Virus record (IMG/VR): IMGVR_UViG_3300021399_000141
Origin: a virus
Taxonomy: Duplodnaviria > Heunggongvirae > Uroviricota > Caudoviricetes
Direction: 5' to 3' (one strand)
Length of the DNA: 13,063 nucleotides
Shown: positions 6,706-13,063 of the stretch, one piece after another
Numbering within the stretch: the stretch's first letter is position 1
Layout of the letters: each line of letters starts with the position of its first letter
Notes under the pieces: generated by a model
Told to the model about the DNA's origin: nothing
The model's database searches: none
What the model saw: only the letters and a program-made list of their open reading frames with translations
Program-made: the position numbers and the translations under genes

Positions 6706-8058
6706 ATGGCAACCCAAGTAAAATTTAATAGACTACATACACTAGCAGAAGCTCAGCTTTCAACAGCGGATCAGAACACTATATACTTCACTACCGACAC
6801 ACATGAAGTGGTGATGAAAGGTGAGATATATGGTGCAAACTACATCTTGCCGGTCGCTTCTACAACAGATCTGGGAGGTGTCAAACTAGGTAGTGATACT
6901 GTACAAATGGTTGCTGCAAACACTCCTACTTCAGTAGCAGACAGGACATATGCGGTCCAAGTCAATTCATCAGGACAGATGGCTGTTAACATACCTTGGA
7001 CGAACTCATTACCGGTATGGGAGAACGAAATCAATAATAATGAGATTTGGTACACCAGTTCAGATGGAAATATTGTAACACCATATCAAACAAGTTCATT
7101 ACCAAAAATCGATACTAATACATATAGCGATGGTAAGGGTGTAATTAAATTCAAAGCAGATGTTACAAGTATAGGAAAATATGCCTTCTATAATTGTACC
7201 AGTTTGACCTCTGTAACAATTCCTGATAGTACCGCAAGCATTGGGGAGAATGCTTTCGCTCTTTGCAAAGGGTTAACCTCTGTAACAATTCCTGATAGTG
7301 TCATAAACATTGGAATGAGGGCTTTTTTCTATTGCAGTGAGTTGATCTCCATGACAATACCTAGTGGTGTCACACGCATTGAACAAGGTACTTTTATGGG
7401 CTGTACTGGTTTGACTTCAATGACAATAGGTAATAATGTCACAAACATTGGAATGAATGCTTTTACCGATTGTACTGGTTTGACTTCAATGACAATAGGT
7501 AATAGTGTCACAAGCATTGAAAAGAATGCTTTTAGCGATTGTACTGGTTTGACCTCTGTGGCGATAGGTAATAGTGTCGCAACTATTGGAGAGAATGCTT
7601 TTTATGATTGCACCAGTTTGGAATCTGTGACGATTCCTGATAGTGTTACAAACATTGGATCCTACGCTTTCCGTGGTTGTGCTGGTTTGAAATCTGTAAT
7701 AATTGGTAACGGTGTAACAGATATTGGCAATAGTGCTTTTAGCGGTTGTACAGGTTTGACATCTGTGACAATAGGCAATAGCGTCACAAGCATTGGTGAG
7801 AGTGCTTTTTATGGTTGTACAGGTTTGACATCTGTGACGATTCCTGATAGTGTCACAAGCATTGAACACCTCGCTTTCTGGGATTGTACCGGTTTGACCT
7901 CTGTGACATGCGAAGCGACAACACCGCCAACAATTGATTCATTCACATGGTATAATGTAACTAAGTCTATTCCCGTATATGTACCAGCAGATTCGGTTTC
8001 ATTATATCAGCAAGCACAGTATTGGTCTCAATTTACAAACATACAAGCAATTCAATAA
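6706..8058 (+). CDS. BspA/TpLRR (LRR_5) protein with fibre-type N-terminus, 11 LRRs; putative receptor-binding/adhesin protein
   Basis: 152-aa N-region containing the fibre motif LPVASTTDLGGVKLG and N-cap [10 protein letters not shown]...GKGVIKF, then 11 x 23-aa [23 protein letters not shown] repeats and C-cap TPPT...[19 protein letters not shown]. Confidence 0.88.
   Translation: MATQVKFNRLHTLAEAQLSTADQNTIYFTTDTHEVVMKGEIYGANYILPVASTTDLGGVKLGSDTVQMVAANTPTSVADRTYAVQVNSSGQMAVNIPWTNSLPVWENEINNNEIWYTSSDGNIVTPYQTSSLPKIDTNTYSDGKGVIKFKADVTSIGKYAFYNCTSLTSVTIPDSTASIGENAFALCKGLTSVTIPDSVINIGMRAFFYCSELISMTIPSGVTRIEQGTFMGCTGLTSMTIGNNVTNIGMNAFTDCTGLTSMTIGNSVTSIEKNAFSDCTGLTSVAIGNSVATIGENAFYDCTSLESVTIPDSVTNIGSYAFRGCAGLKSVIIGNGVTDIGNSAFSGCTGLTSVTIGNSVTSIGESAFYGCTGLTSVTIPDSVTSIEHLAFWDCTGLTSVTCEATTPPTIDSFTWYNVTKSIPVYVPADSVSLYQQAQYWSQFTNIQAIQ
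7162..7920 (+). repeat. Array of 11 x 69-nt LRR-coding repeats
   Basis: Exact 69-nt period. Identical blocks include 34 nt at 7402 and 7471, and 26 nt at 7744 and 7813. Confidence 0.92.
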
Positions 8059-8070
8059 AACAATATACAT

Positions 8071-8940
8071 ATGCCAACCCAAGTAAAATTCGATAGACTA
8101 CATACGTTGGCTCAGGCCCAGCTTTCAACAGCTGACCAGAACACTATATACTTCACTACCGATACTCACGAAGTGGTGATGAAAGGTGAGATATATGGTA
8201 CAAACTACTCTTTACCGGCGGCTACATCTTCAGTTTTAGGGGGTGTCAAACTAGGTAGTGATATTATTCAAACTGCTGAGGTGAACGAGGTAACATCCGT
8301 AGCTGACCGAACATATGCGGTCCAAGTCAATTCATCAGGACAGATGGTAATCAACGCGCCTTGGGAGGACTCATTACCTGTATGGGAGAATGAAATCAAT
8401 GATAATGAAATTTGGTACACCAGTTCAGATGGAAATATTGTGACACCTTATCAAGCAAGTTCATTACCAGAAATTGACACTAATACATATGGGGATGGTA
8501 AAGGTGTAATTAAATTTAAAACAGATGTCACAAGCATTGGGATACAAGCTTTCTATCGTCGTACTGGTTTGACTTCAGTAACAATCCCTAACAGTGTCAC
8601 AAGCATTGGACAAGAGGCTTTCTATGGTTGCACCAATTTGACCTCTGTGACGATTGGCAATAACGTCACGAGCATTGGACAACAAGCTTTCTATCGTTGC
8701 ACAGGTTTGGCATCTATAACAATTCCCAATAGCGTCACAAGCATTGGATATCAGACTTTCTATGGTTGCACCAATTTGACATCTATAACATGTGAAGCGA
8801 CAACACCCCCAACAGTTCAATCAAGTACATGGATTAGTGTAACTAAGTCTATCCCAGTATATGTACCAGCAGATTCAGTTTCATTATATCAGCAAGCACA
8901 GTATTGGAATGAATTTACAAACATACAACCAATCCCTTAA
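8071..8940 (+). CDS. BspA/TpLRR (LRR_5) protein, tandem paralogue with 4 LRRs
   Basis: Same 152-aa N-region and 45-aa C-cap as 6706..8058, with 4 x 23-aa repeats. Confidence 0.88.
   Translation: MPTQVKFDRLHTLAQAQLSTADQNTIYFTTDTHEVVMKGEIYGTNYSLPAATSSVLGGVKLGSDIIQTAEVNEVTSVADRTYAVQVNSSGQMVINAPWEDSLPVWENEINDNEIWYTSSDGNIVTPYQASSLPEIDTNTYGDGKGVIKFKTDVTSIGIQAFYRRTGLTSVTIPNSVTSIGQEAFYGCTNLTSVTIGNNVTSIGQQAFYRCTGLASITIPNSVTSIGYQTFYGCTNLTSITCEATTPPTVQSSTWISVTKSIPVYVPADSVSLYQQAQYWNEFTNIQPIP
8527..8802 (+). repeat. Array of 4 x 69-nt LRR repeats organised as 2 x 138 nt
   Basis: caagctttctatcgt at 8545 and 8683, and ctttctatggttgcaccaatttgac at 8618 and 8756; both pairs are 138 nt apart. Confidence 0.9.
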
Positions 8941-8968
8941 ACACACATAACGTTATAAACAGAACATC

Positions 8969-9000
8969 AAACAGGTGAGACTTCAGGTCCCACCTGTTTT
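8969..9000 (+). terminator. Hairpin/probable terminator between the LRR genes and the collagen-like gene
   Basis: aaacaggtgagac-ttcag-gtcccacctgttt (13 bp, one A-C mismatch), followed by a short T/AT tract. Confidence 0.6.
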
Positions 9001-9007
9001 ATTATAT
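8999..9007 (+). promoter_or_regulatory. Candidate promoter element TTATTATAT upstream of the collagen-like gene
   Basis: 20 nt before ATG 9028, directly after the hairpin. Confidence 0.45.
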
Positions 9008-9027
9008 ATTCAATATAACAGTTATAT

Positions 9028-11367
9028 ATGGCACTCAATGTAAAATTCGATAAATCTCGCAACTACGCTTATGCTATGGGCGATAGTGCAGAGTGTGGTA
9101 CTATATACTTTACTACAGATACTAATCAGATCATCGTTAACAAAAAAGTATACGGTGATGGTGAAGCTGGTCCTCAAGGTGTAGGACTTGAATTCAATTG
9201 GAGTGGGACAACCCTCGGTGTCAAACGTGAGGATGAATCGGAATATGAATATAGGGACTTGCAAGGTCCTCAGGGCGAACAAGGTCCTCAAGGTGATGCC
9301 GGTCCTCAAGGAACACAGGGCGAACAAGGTCCTCAAGGCGAACAAGGACCTCAGGGTGAACAAGGACCTCAGGGTAAACAAGGACCTCAAGGTGCCCCTG
9401 GTGCTCCTGGTATAGGTTTTATACCATGCTCTTGGTCCACATATGATCTGATAATGAGCAGCATTGTTTTACCTTTAGATGCGTCTGAAGGTGAGACCAC
9501 TGTCAATTTTGCTGTAAAGTATCCGGAGTTCTTGAGCAATGGTGGCGGTGCAAGTAGTGGATATAGTTTTATAGGTTATATAAACAATATTTACAATTGG
9601 TCCTCTCATAATTCAGATATAGTCGTATGGGAACAGTATTTTTATTACCTACAAAATGAAACGTTTGCACCAAATCCTTATCAAGAAGAAGGCGCGCACG
9701 ATGAAATCAGGGACGCTATGACTCGTGCTGCAGAAATATTTTACTCAGAATTCAATGCTATACCTGTCACCCCTTGGGGAGATTTTCCTGCATACGATGC
9801 AGAACCAGGATACTTCTGGTGGGGTGGAAACATGTTTGGTCGCGCCGGTCAAAATGGTGAGCAAGGAGAGACTGGTGCAACTGGTGTAGGTATATCGAGC
9901 ATATCTAAAACAGGTACATCTGGGCTTGTTGATACATATACTATAACATATACAGATGGTAGCACTTCTACATTTGAGGTAACCAATGGTGAGGATGGTG
10001 GTGGATATACAGCTGGAGATAATATCAGTATTGATTCCAATCTTAAGATTTCTGCAGAGCTTCCTAAAGAACAACATAAACTTATTTATTATGACCCATC
10101 TTTGGTAGGAAATCCATATAATGGATTGGTTGGTCAACAGCTGATGTACGAAGAAGGTATCATTGTAGATAATCCTGCGGATTTAGCAAGTTGTAAGTCT
10201 GATAATGATTTTACAATTCAGGAGATAGGGACTTCATGGCCTACAGAACTTATCTCTAACAACAAATATCTTAATTGGGGACATACAGAAATAAACGCAA
10301 ATGCTCTTCTTCCTGGAGGTATAACTTCTACAGATAATGGTTTTTGGTATTATAATCAAAATGATCATACAGTAGACGCCAAATTTAACGATGATTACTT
10401 TTCTCGAAGAGCTTGTTTATATAATCCTAATACTCCGTCCAATGTATTTCATGACGCTCTTTATGGATATTTTAATAGTTCATATCCTAATGATACTATA
10501 GGATGTGGTTTTATTGGTTTTGGAACTACCCCTACAACCGATTCTGATGGTACATGGTGCCCTACTGTAATACTTTCAGTAGATGCAGGTCCTGAATTAA
10601 AAGATAGAAGGTTTAGAGCGTTAAATATATATTTAGACGTTAAAAAACGTAAAGCAGACCCTTCTACTGATATTAGAGAAAAGTACTATCCTGTAACAGA
10701 GGCCACTGACACTACTCCACCTCAAGGAATAGCAACGGTTGGTAGTTTTGGAATTGTTGGGTGGCCTGATAGTACTCTGGTCAGCGGTTCAACAGTTGAA
10801 CAAGGAAAGTATGTGGTGCACAGTACTGATTTGATAACCAATCCATGGACAAGTGATTATTATGGGCCATCATATATTCGTATTAGAACTGAGAAGGTAG
10901 GAAATATAATTACCTGGAGATTTTCACAGATTCTTGTAGGAGGAATTACAGATTTGGCTAATCAAATTCCAGATTTGATAGATGGTGTCAAAGTACAACT
11001 AGACCTCGATAACTACAAGGTAAGAGTAAGATACCTTAACCAAGGTGTGTCTACCTGGGCAGAGTTTGATTGCAGCTCTTATTCCACATACCTAGATGTA
11101 CTCAAGAATGATGCTCACTTTATGCTACAGCAAAGTTCAACTGAACGTGGACGTATTTATAATATATCCTCTCTGAGACATAGAACAATTCTTGATATCA
11201 GTACTGATTTGGTATGGCAGAAAAGCGGCGATGATTGGTCTGTAGCAGCGGGTATTGCACCTCTTGACTTGTTTACAGGTTCCCATCTTAACTTTAATGA
11301 AGTGACCAAAAAACTGTGGTATTCTAACGGTAATCGTATCTATCAGATAGGTGGTTCATTCATTTAA
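9028..11367 (+). CDS. Collagen-like tail fibre/appendage protein, 779 aa
   Basis: Shared N-module ([19 protein letters not shown]), [17 protein letters not shown] motif, Gly-X-Y run, a second short GXY run followed by GISSISKT...[20 protein letters not shown], a YTAGDNISI hinge, and a ~430-aa beta-rich C-terminal domain of unknown identity. Confidence 0.8.
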   Translation: MALNVKFDKSRNYAYAMGDSAECGTIYFTTDTNQIIVNKKVYGDGEAGPQGVGLEFNWSGTTLGVKREDESEYEYRDLQGPQGEQGPQGDAGPQGTQGEQGPQGEQGPQGEQGPQGKQGPQGAPGAPGIGFIPCSWSTYDLIMSSIVLPLDASEGETTVNFAVKYPEFLSNGGGASSGYSFIGYINNIYNWSSHNSDIVVWEQYFYYLQNETFAPNPYQEEGAHDEIRDAMTRAAEIFYSEFNAIPVTPWGDFPAYDAEPGYFWWGGNMFGRAGQNGEQGETGATGVGISSISKTGTSGLVDTYTITYTDGSTSTFEVTNGEDGGGYTAGDNISIDSNLKISAELPKEQHKLIYYDPSLVGNPYNGLVGQQLMYEEGIIVDNPADLASCKSDNDFTIQEIGTSWPTELISNNKYLNWGHTEINANALLPGGITSTDNGFWYYNQNDHTVDAKFNDDYFSRRACLYNPNTPSNVFHDALYGYFNSSYPNDTIGCGFIGFGTTPTTDSDGTWCPTVILSVDAGPELKDRRFRALNIYLDVKKRKADPSTDIREKYYPVTEATDTTPPQGIATVGSFGIVGWPDSTLVSGSTVEQGKYVVHSTDLITNPWTSDYYGPSYIRIRTEKVGNIITWRFSQILVGGITDLANQIPDLIDGVKVQLDLDNYKVRVRYLNQGVSTWAEFDCSSYSTYLDVLKNDAHFMLQQSSTERGRIYNISSLRHRTILDISTDLVWQKSGDDWSVAAGIAPLDLFTGSHLNFNEVTKKLWYSNGNRIYQIGGSFI
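9265..9417 (+). repeat. Collagen triple-helix repeat, 17 Gly-X-Y triplets (mostly GPQ/GEQ)
   Basis: [51 protein letters not shown], with a 9/18-nt DNA period. Confidence 0.92.
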
Positions 11368-11370
11368 TAC

Positions 11371-11407
11371 AAAAAAAAAGACCTCGTAACGAGGTCTTTT
11401 TTGTTTT
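11371..11407. terminator. Bidirectional Rho-independent terminator between convergent genes
   Basis: A9-gacctcg-taa-cgaggtc-T6, a perfect stem with A and T tracts on either side. Confidence 0.9.
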
Positions 11408-11422
11408 CGATATCCTTACCGA

Positions 11423-11989
11423 TTACTCAGCTGCTGTCTCTTTCTTGGAACAGAGTTGAATACGGTTCACTACTGCGTTACGCATAGATGCCAAGGCGAT
11501 CAAGCCGGAACGATCTTTGACATACGCTTCGTGTGCACAGGTCATGAAGTTGTTGATGACGAGGATGTCCACCCACTCTGAATCCCCTTTGTACTTGAGA
11601 CCACCCAACAACCGGAGGGTGCTGTCGTATGCACCATAGGTGATAGTCTTGAGGTCTGCTTTCTTCCAGAGGAGCACCAGACCGTGGAGTCCGAGACAGT
11701 ATTGAAAGTCCTGCTCGATCCTATTGAGGTAGTAGATGATTTTCTTGGCGACATCGTTAAGGCTGTAGTGCTTGCCTTCGAAGTCTACGCCGGCAACGTT
11801 CAGTTCGTATTCTACTTTCTTGATGTACTCATCGTACTCAGCTTGCTCTGCATCGATCTCTTGTTCAAGCTTATTGAGTTCGTTTACATCGGTGATCTTG
11901 TCTACTTTTGCGGTGTACTCTTCTACACGCTTTTGAAGTAACTCTTGAGTTTCTTCGACAGTCTTGTCTTTGAATTCTTCTGTATCCAT
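11423..11989 (-). CDS. Hypothetical protein with acidic N-terminal coiled coil (188 aa)
   Basis: Long ORF with plausible composition, upstream TTATTAT element and downstream terminator. Confidence 0.8.
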   Translation of the reverse strand: MDTEEFKDKTVEETQELLQKRVEEYTAKVDKITDVNELNKLEQEIDAEQAEYDEYIKKVEYELNVAGVDFEGKHYSLNDVAKKIIYYLNRIEQDFQYCLGLHGLVLLWKKADLKTITYGAYDSTLRLLGGLKYKGDSEWVDILVINNFMTCAHEAYVKDRSGLIALASMRNAVVNRIQLCSKKETAAE

Positions 11990-12010
11990 ATATACTGTTT
12001 AATTAAACTT

Positions 12011-12019
12011 TCATAATAA
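12011..12019 (-). promoter_or_regulatory. Candidate promoter element TTATTATGA upstream of 11423..11989
   Basis: 21 nt before ATG 11989. Confidence 0.4.
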
Positions 12020-12042
12020 TATATCTACTCATATACAGAATT

Positions 12043-12510
12043 TTAGAGAACGATCAATAAAATCACACCAACTACTACTAATACGGATATCAGTCCGACC
12101 ATCCACTTGGTCCATTTGAATAGGTCGATGTACGGAATAGGATACATTACGAATAGGTAGTTATCGTAGTCGTCCAATCGTTCTATTTTATATGTCAACA
12201 GATCGAACAGATTGTTGGCTCGGATGAACCCTCGCGCGGCATTAAGACGCTCCATGATGAACTTTTCTACCGCCTGGTCAGTAGGATTGTCATTACCCAA
12301 TTCATACACCGTGGACGTCGGGTCGTATTTTCCTTCCACTACATGTGGGTTGATAATGGTGTATACTCGCCCGATCCAATCTTGTTTCAGTTCGACTCCG
12401 AACATCTTTGAAAGACCTTGTAGGATACCTTCTTCTTGATATACTTTTTGGAGGATTCTATTGTACCGAATAGACAGTATCAGATACTTGATGAAATTGT
12501 ATATTATCAT
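12043..12510 (-). CDS. Hypothetical membrane protein with C-terminal TM helix (155 aa)
   Basis: Start taken as ATG 12510 (MIIYNFIK) because the track's 12642 start overlaps the opposite-strand gene. C-terminus WMVGLISVLVVVGVILLIVL. Confidence 0.75.
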   Translation of the reverse strand: MIIYNFIKYLILSIRYNRILQKVYQEEGILQGLSKMFGVELKQDWIGRVYTIINPHVVEGKYDPTSTVYELGNDNPTDQAVEKFIMERLNAARGFIRANNLFDLLTYKIERLDDYDNYLFVMYPIPYIDLFKWTKWMVGLISVLVVVGVILLIVL

Positions 12511-12542
12511 TTGTAATCCTTTGATTTTGCAAATATCACGAC

Positions 12543-12558
12543 TTATTATTGATAATAA
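12543..12558. promoter_or_regulatory. Overlapping divergent TTATTAT elements (near-palindrome TTATTATTGATAATAA)
   Basis: Plus copy 12543-12551 is 20 nt before the sigma ATG 12572; minus copy 12558-12550 precedes ATG 12510. Confidence 0.45.
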
Positions 12559-12571
12559 TATATTGTATTCG

Positions 12572-13063
12572 ATGAAAAATTTTAGCCAGATAGTAATTGA
12601 TGAAGCAAAATTGCATGAAGCACACGCTGATGCAACAGCCATGTTACAGTCTGAAATAACCGACTATATTCGTAAGGTCAACAGAGTCATGCCTCAGAAT
12701 ATCAAGGATATCGCAGCCATTTCTCAACGTCTGAACCTTACTTCTGCCGATCAATTGGACAAAATACGTACTGCGAACAAGAGTCAGTTTGCTAAGGTTG
12801 CCAAAGAACTGAGTATCTCTGATGCTCAGGTTTCTGAGTTGCATGAGCTACTCAAGAAAGCCGGTAAAAGCATCCGTATGCTTCCTCAGTATCAAACAGA
12901 TAAAGAACGAGCAGAAATATTGGCAGGTCAGGCATCTCTCAGCGATATGACCATTGACTTGGAGACACCGGCTGGTCGTAACGCTGCTGTAAAGATGTAC
13001 ATGCCAATCGTTTATAAGATCGCAGATCAATATGTAGGTAAGAGTCGTCTAGATAGTCCATCC
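12572..13063 (+). CDS. Probable RNA polymerase sigma-70-family factor with N-terminal extension; 3' end runs off the window
   Basis: Manually translated, not in the track: 164 open codons, MKNFSQIVIDEAKLHEAH...GRNAAVKMYMPIVYKIADQYVGKSRLDSPS. The last ~30 aa match sigma region 2.1 (R-x-x-h-h-x-x-Y-h-P-h-V-x-x-I-A-x-x-Y-x-G). Regions 2.2-4 lie outside the window. Confidence 0.6.
   Translation, partial: MKNFSQIVIDEAKLHEAHADATAMLQSEITDYIRKVNRVMPQNIKDIAAISQRLNLTSADQLDKIRTANKSQFAKVAKELSISDAQVSELHELLKKAGKSIRMLPQYQTDKERAEILAGQASLSDMTIDLETPAGRNAAVKMYMPIVYKIADQYVGKSRLDSPS

Noticed and set aside
6692-6706. Readthrough or frameshift fusion of the 48-aa ORF to the first LRR gene
   Set aside because: Different frames, no slippery site or stimulatory structure seen, and the LRR gene already has its own copy of the module.
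7162-7920. CRISPR-like array (regular ~69-nt period)
   Set aside because: Repeats are in-frame, degenerate, protein-coding LRR units, with no invariant palindromic repeat and unique spacers.
6706-8940. Diversity-generating retroelement (template/variable repeat pair) acting on the LRR genes
   Set aside because: No reverse transcriptase or non-coding template repeat in the window. Differences between the paralogues involve all bases and many synonymous sites, not only adenines. A DGR elsewhere in the genome cannot be excluded.
1923-12439. Other short overlapping track ORFs (e.g. 1923+, 2773+, 2831+, 4483+, 4523-, 5066-, 5352-, 6011+, 6037-, 6840-, 7329-, 7486-, 8575-, 9022-, 9188+, 9745-, 9849-, 11542-, 11684+, 12212+)
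   Set aside because: Antisense or off-frame to well-supported genes. Their periodicity (e.g. 7486-, 9022-) only mirrors the LRR or collagen repeats.
12530-12537. Bacteroidota -7 promoter (TAnnTTTG) on the minus strand before 12510
   Set aside because: The sequence is GATATTTG(CA), which misses the conserved TA, and no convincing -33 TTTG was found.
12644-13030. Track ORFs 12644..12844- and 12848..13030-
   Set aside because: Antisense to the uninterrupted 164-codon plus-strand ORF with the sigma-like motif.
1-13063. Stop-codon reassignment (TAG to Gln, as in Lak phages)
   Set aside because: All recognisable genes are intact under the standard code. The two long ORFs missing from the track are missing because they run off the window, not because of internal stops.

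Overview
This window looks like part of a large T4-like (contractile-tailed) phage genome with a probable Bacteroidota/Prevotella-type host. That is inferred from a gp19-like tail tube gene, a phage-type RuvC, a MoxR/vWA pair, BspA-type LRR proteins and AT-rich starts without Shine-Dalgarno sites. Left to right: (i) a minus-strand, translationally coupled run of RuvC, a TM-coiled-coil-GAF protein, three small hypotheticals and a zincin-metallopeptidase/vWA protein (1247 to <1, missing from the ORF track); (ii) a divergent MoxR AAA+ ATPase with a long N-terminal extension; (iii) a stand-alone tail tube gene; (iv) an AT-rich plus-strand cassette of four genes sharing one ~43-aa N-terminal module: a 48-aa module-only ORF (missing from the track), two BspA-LRR paralogues with 11 and 4 repeats, and a collagen-like fibre; (v) two hypotheticals; (vi) a truncated probable sigma-70-family factor (12572 to >13063, missing from the track). 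Most notable are the modular fibre/receptor-binding cassette with a variable LRR array, T4-style capsid-targeting/protease-cleavage-like leaders on the sigma factor, MoxR and vWA-peptidase (suggesting virion packaging), and a TTATTAT element about 20 nt before the first gene of most transcription units. All functional calls come from motif recognition by eye; no database searches were run.
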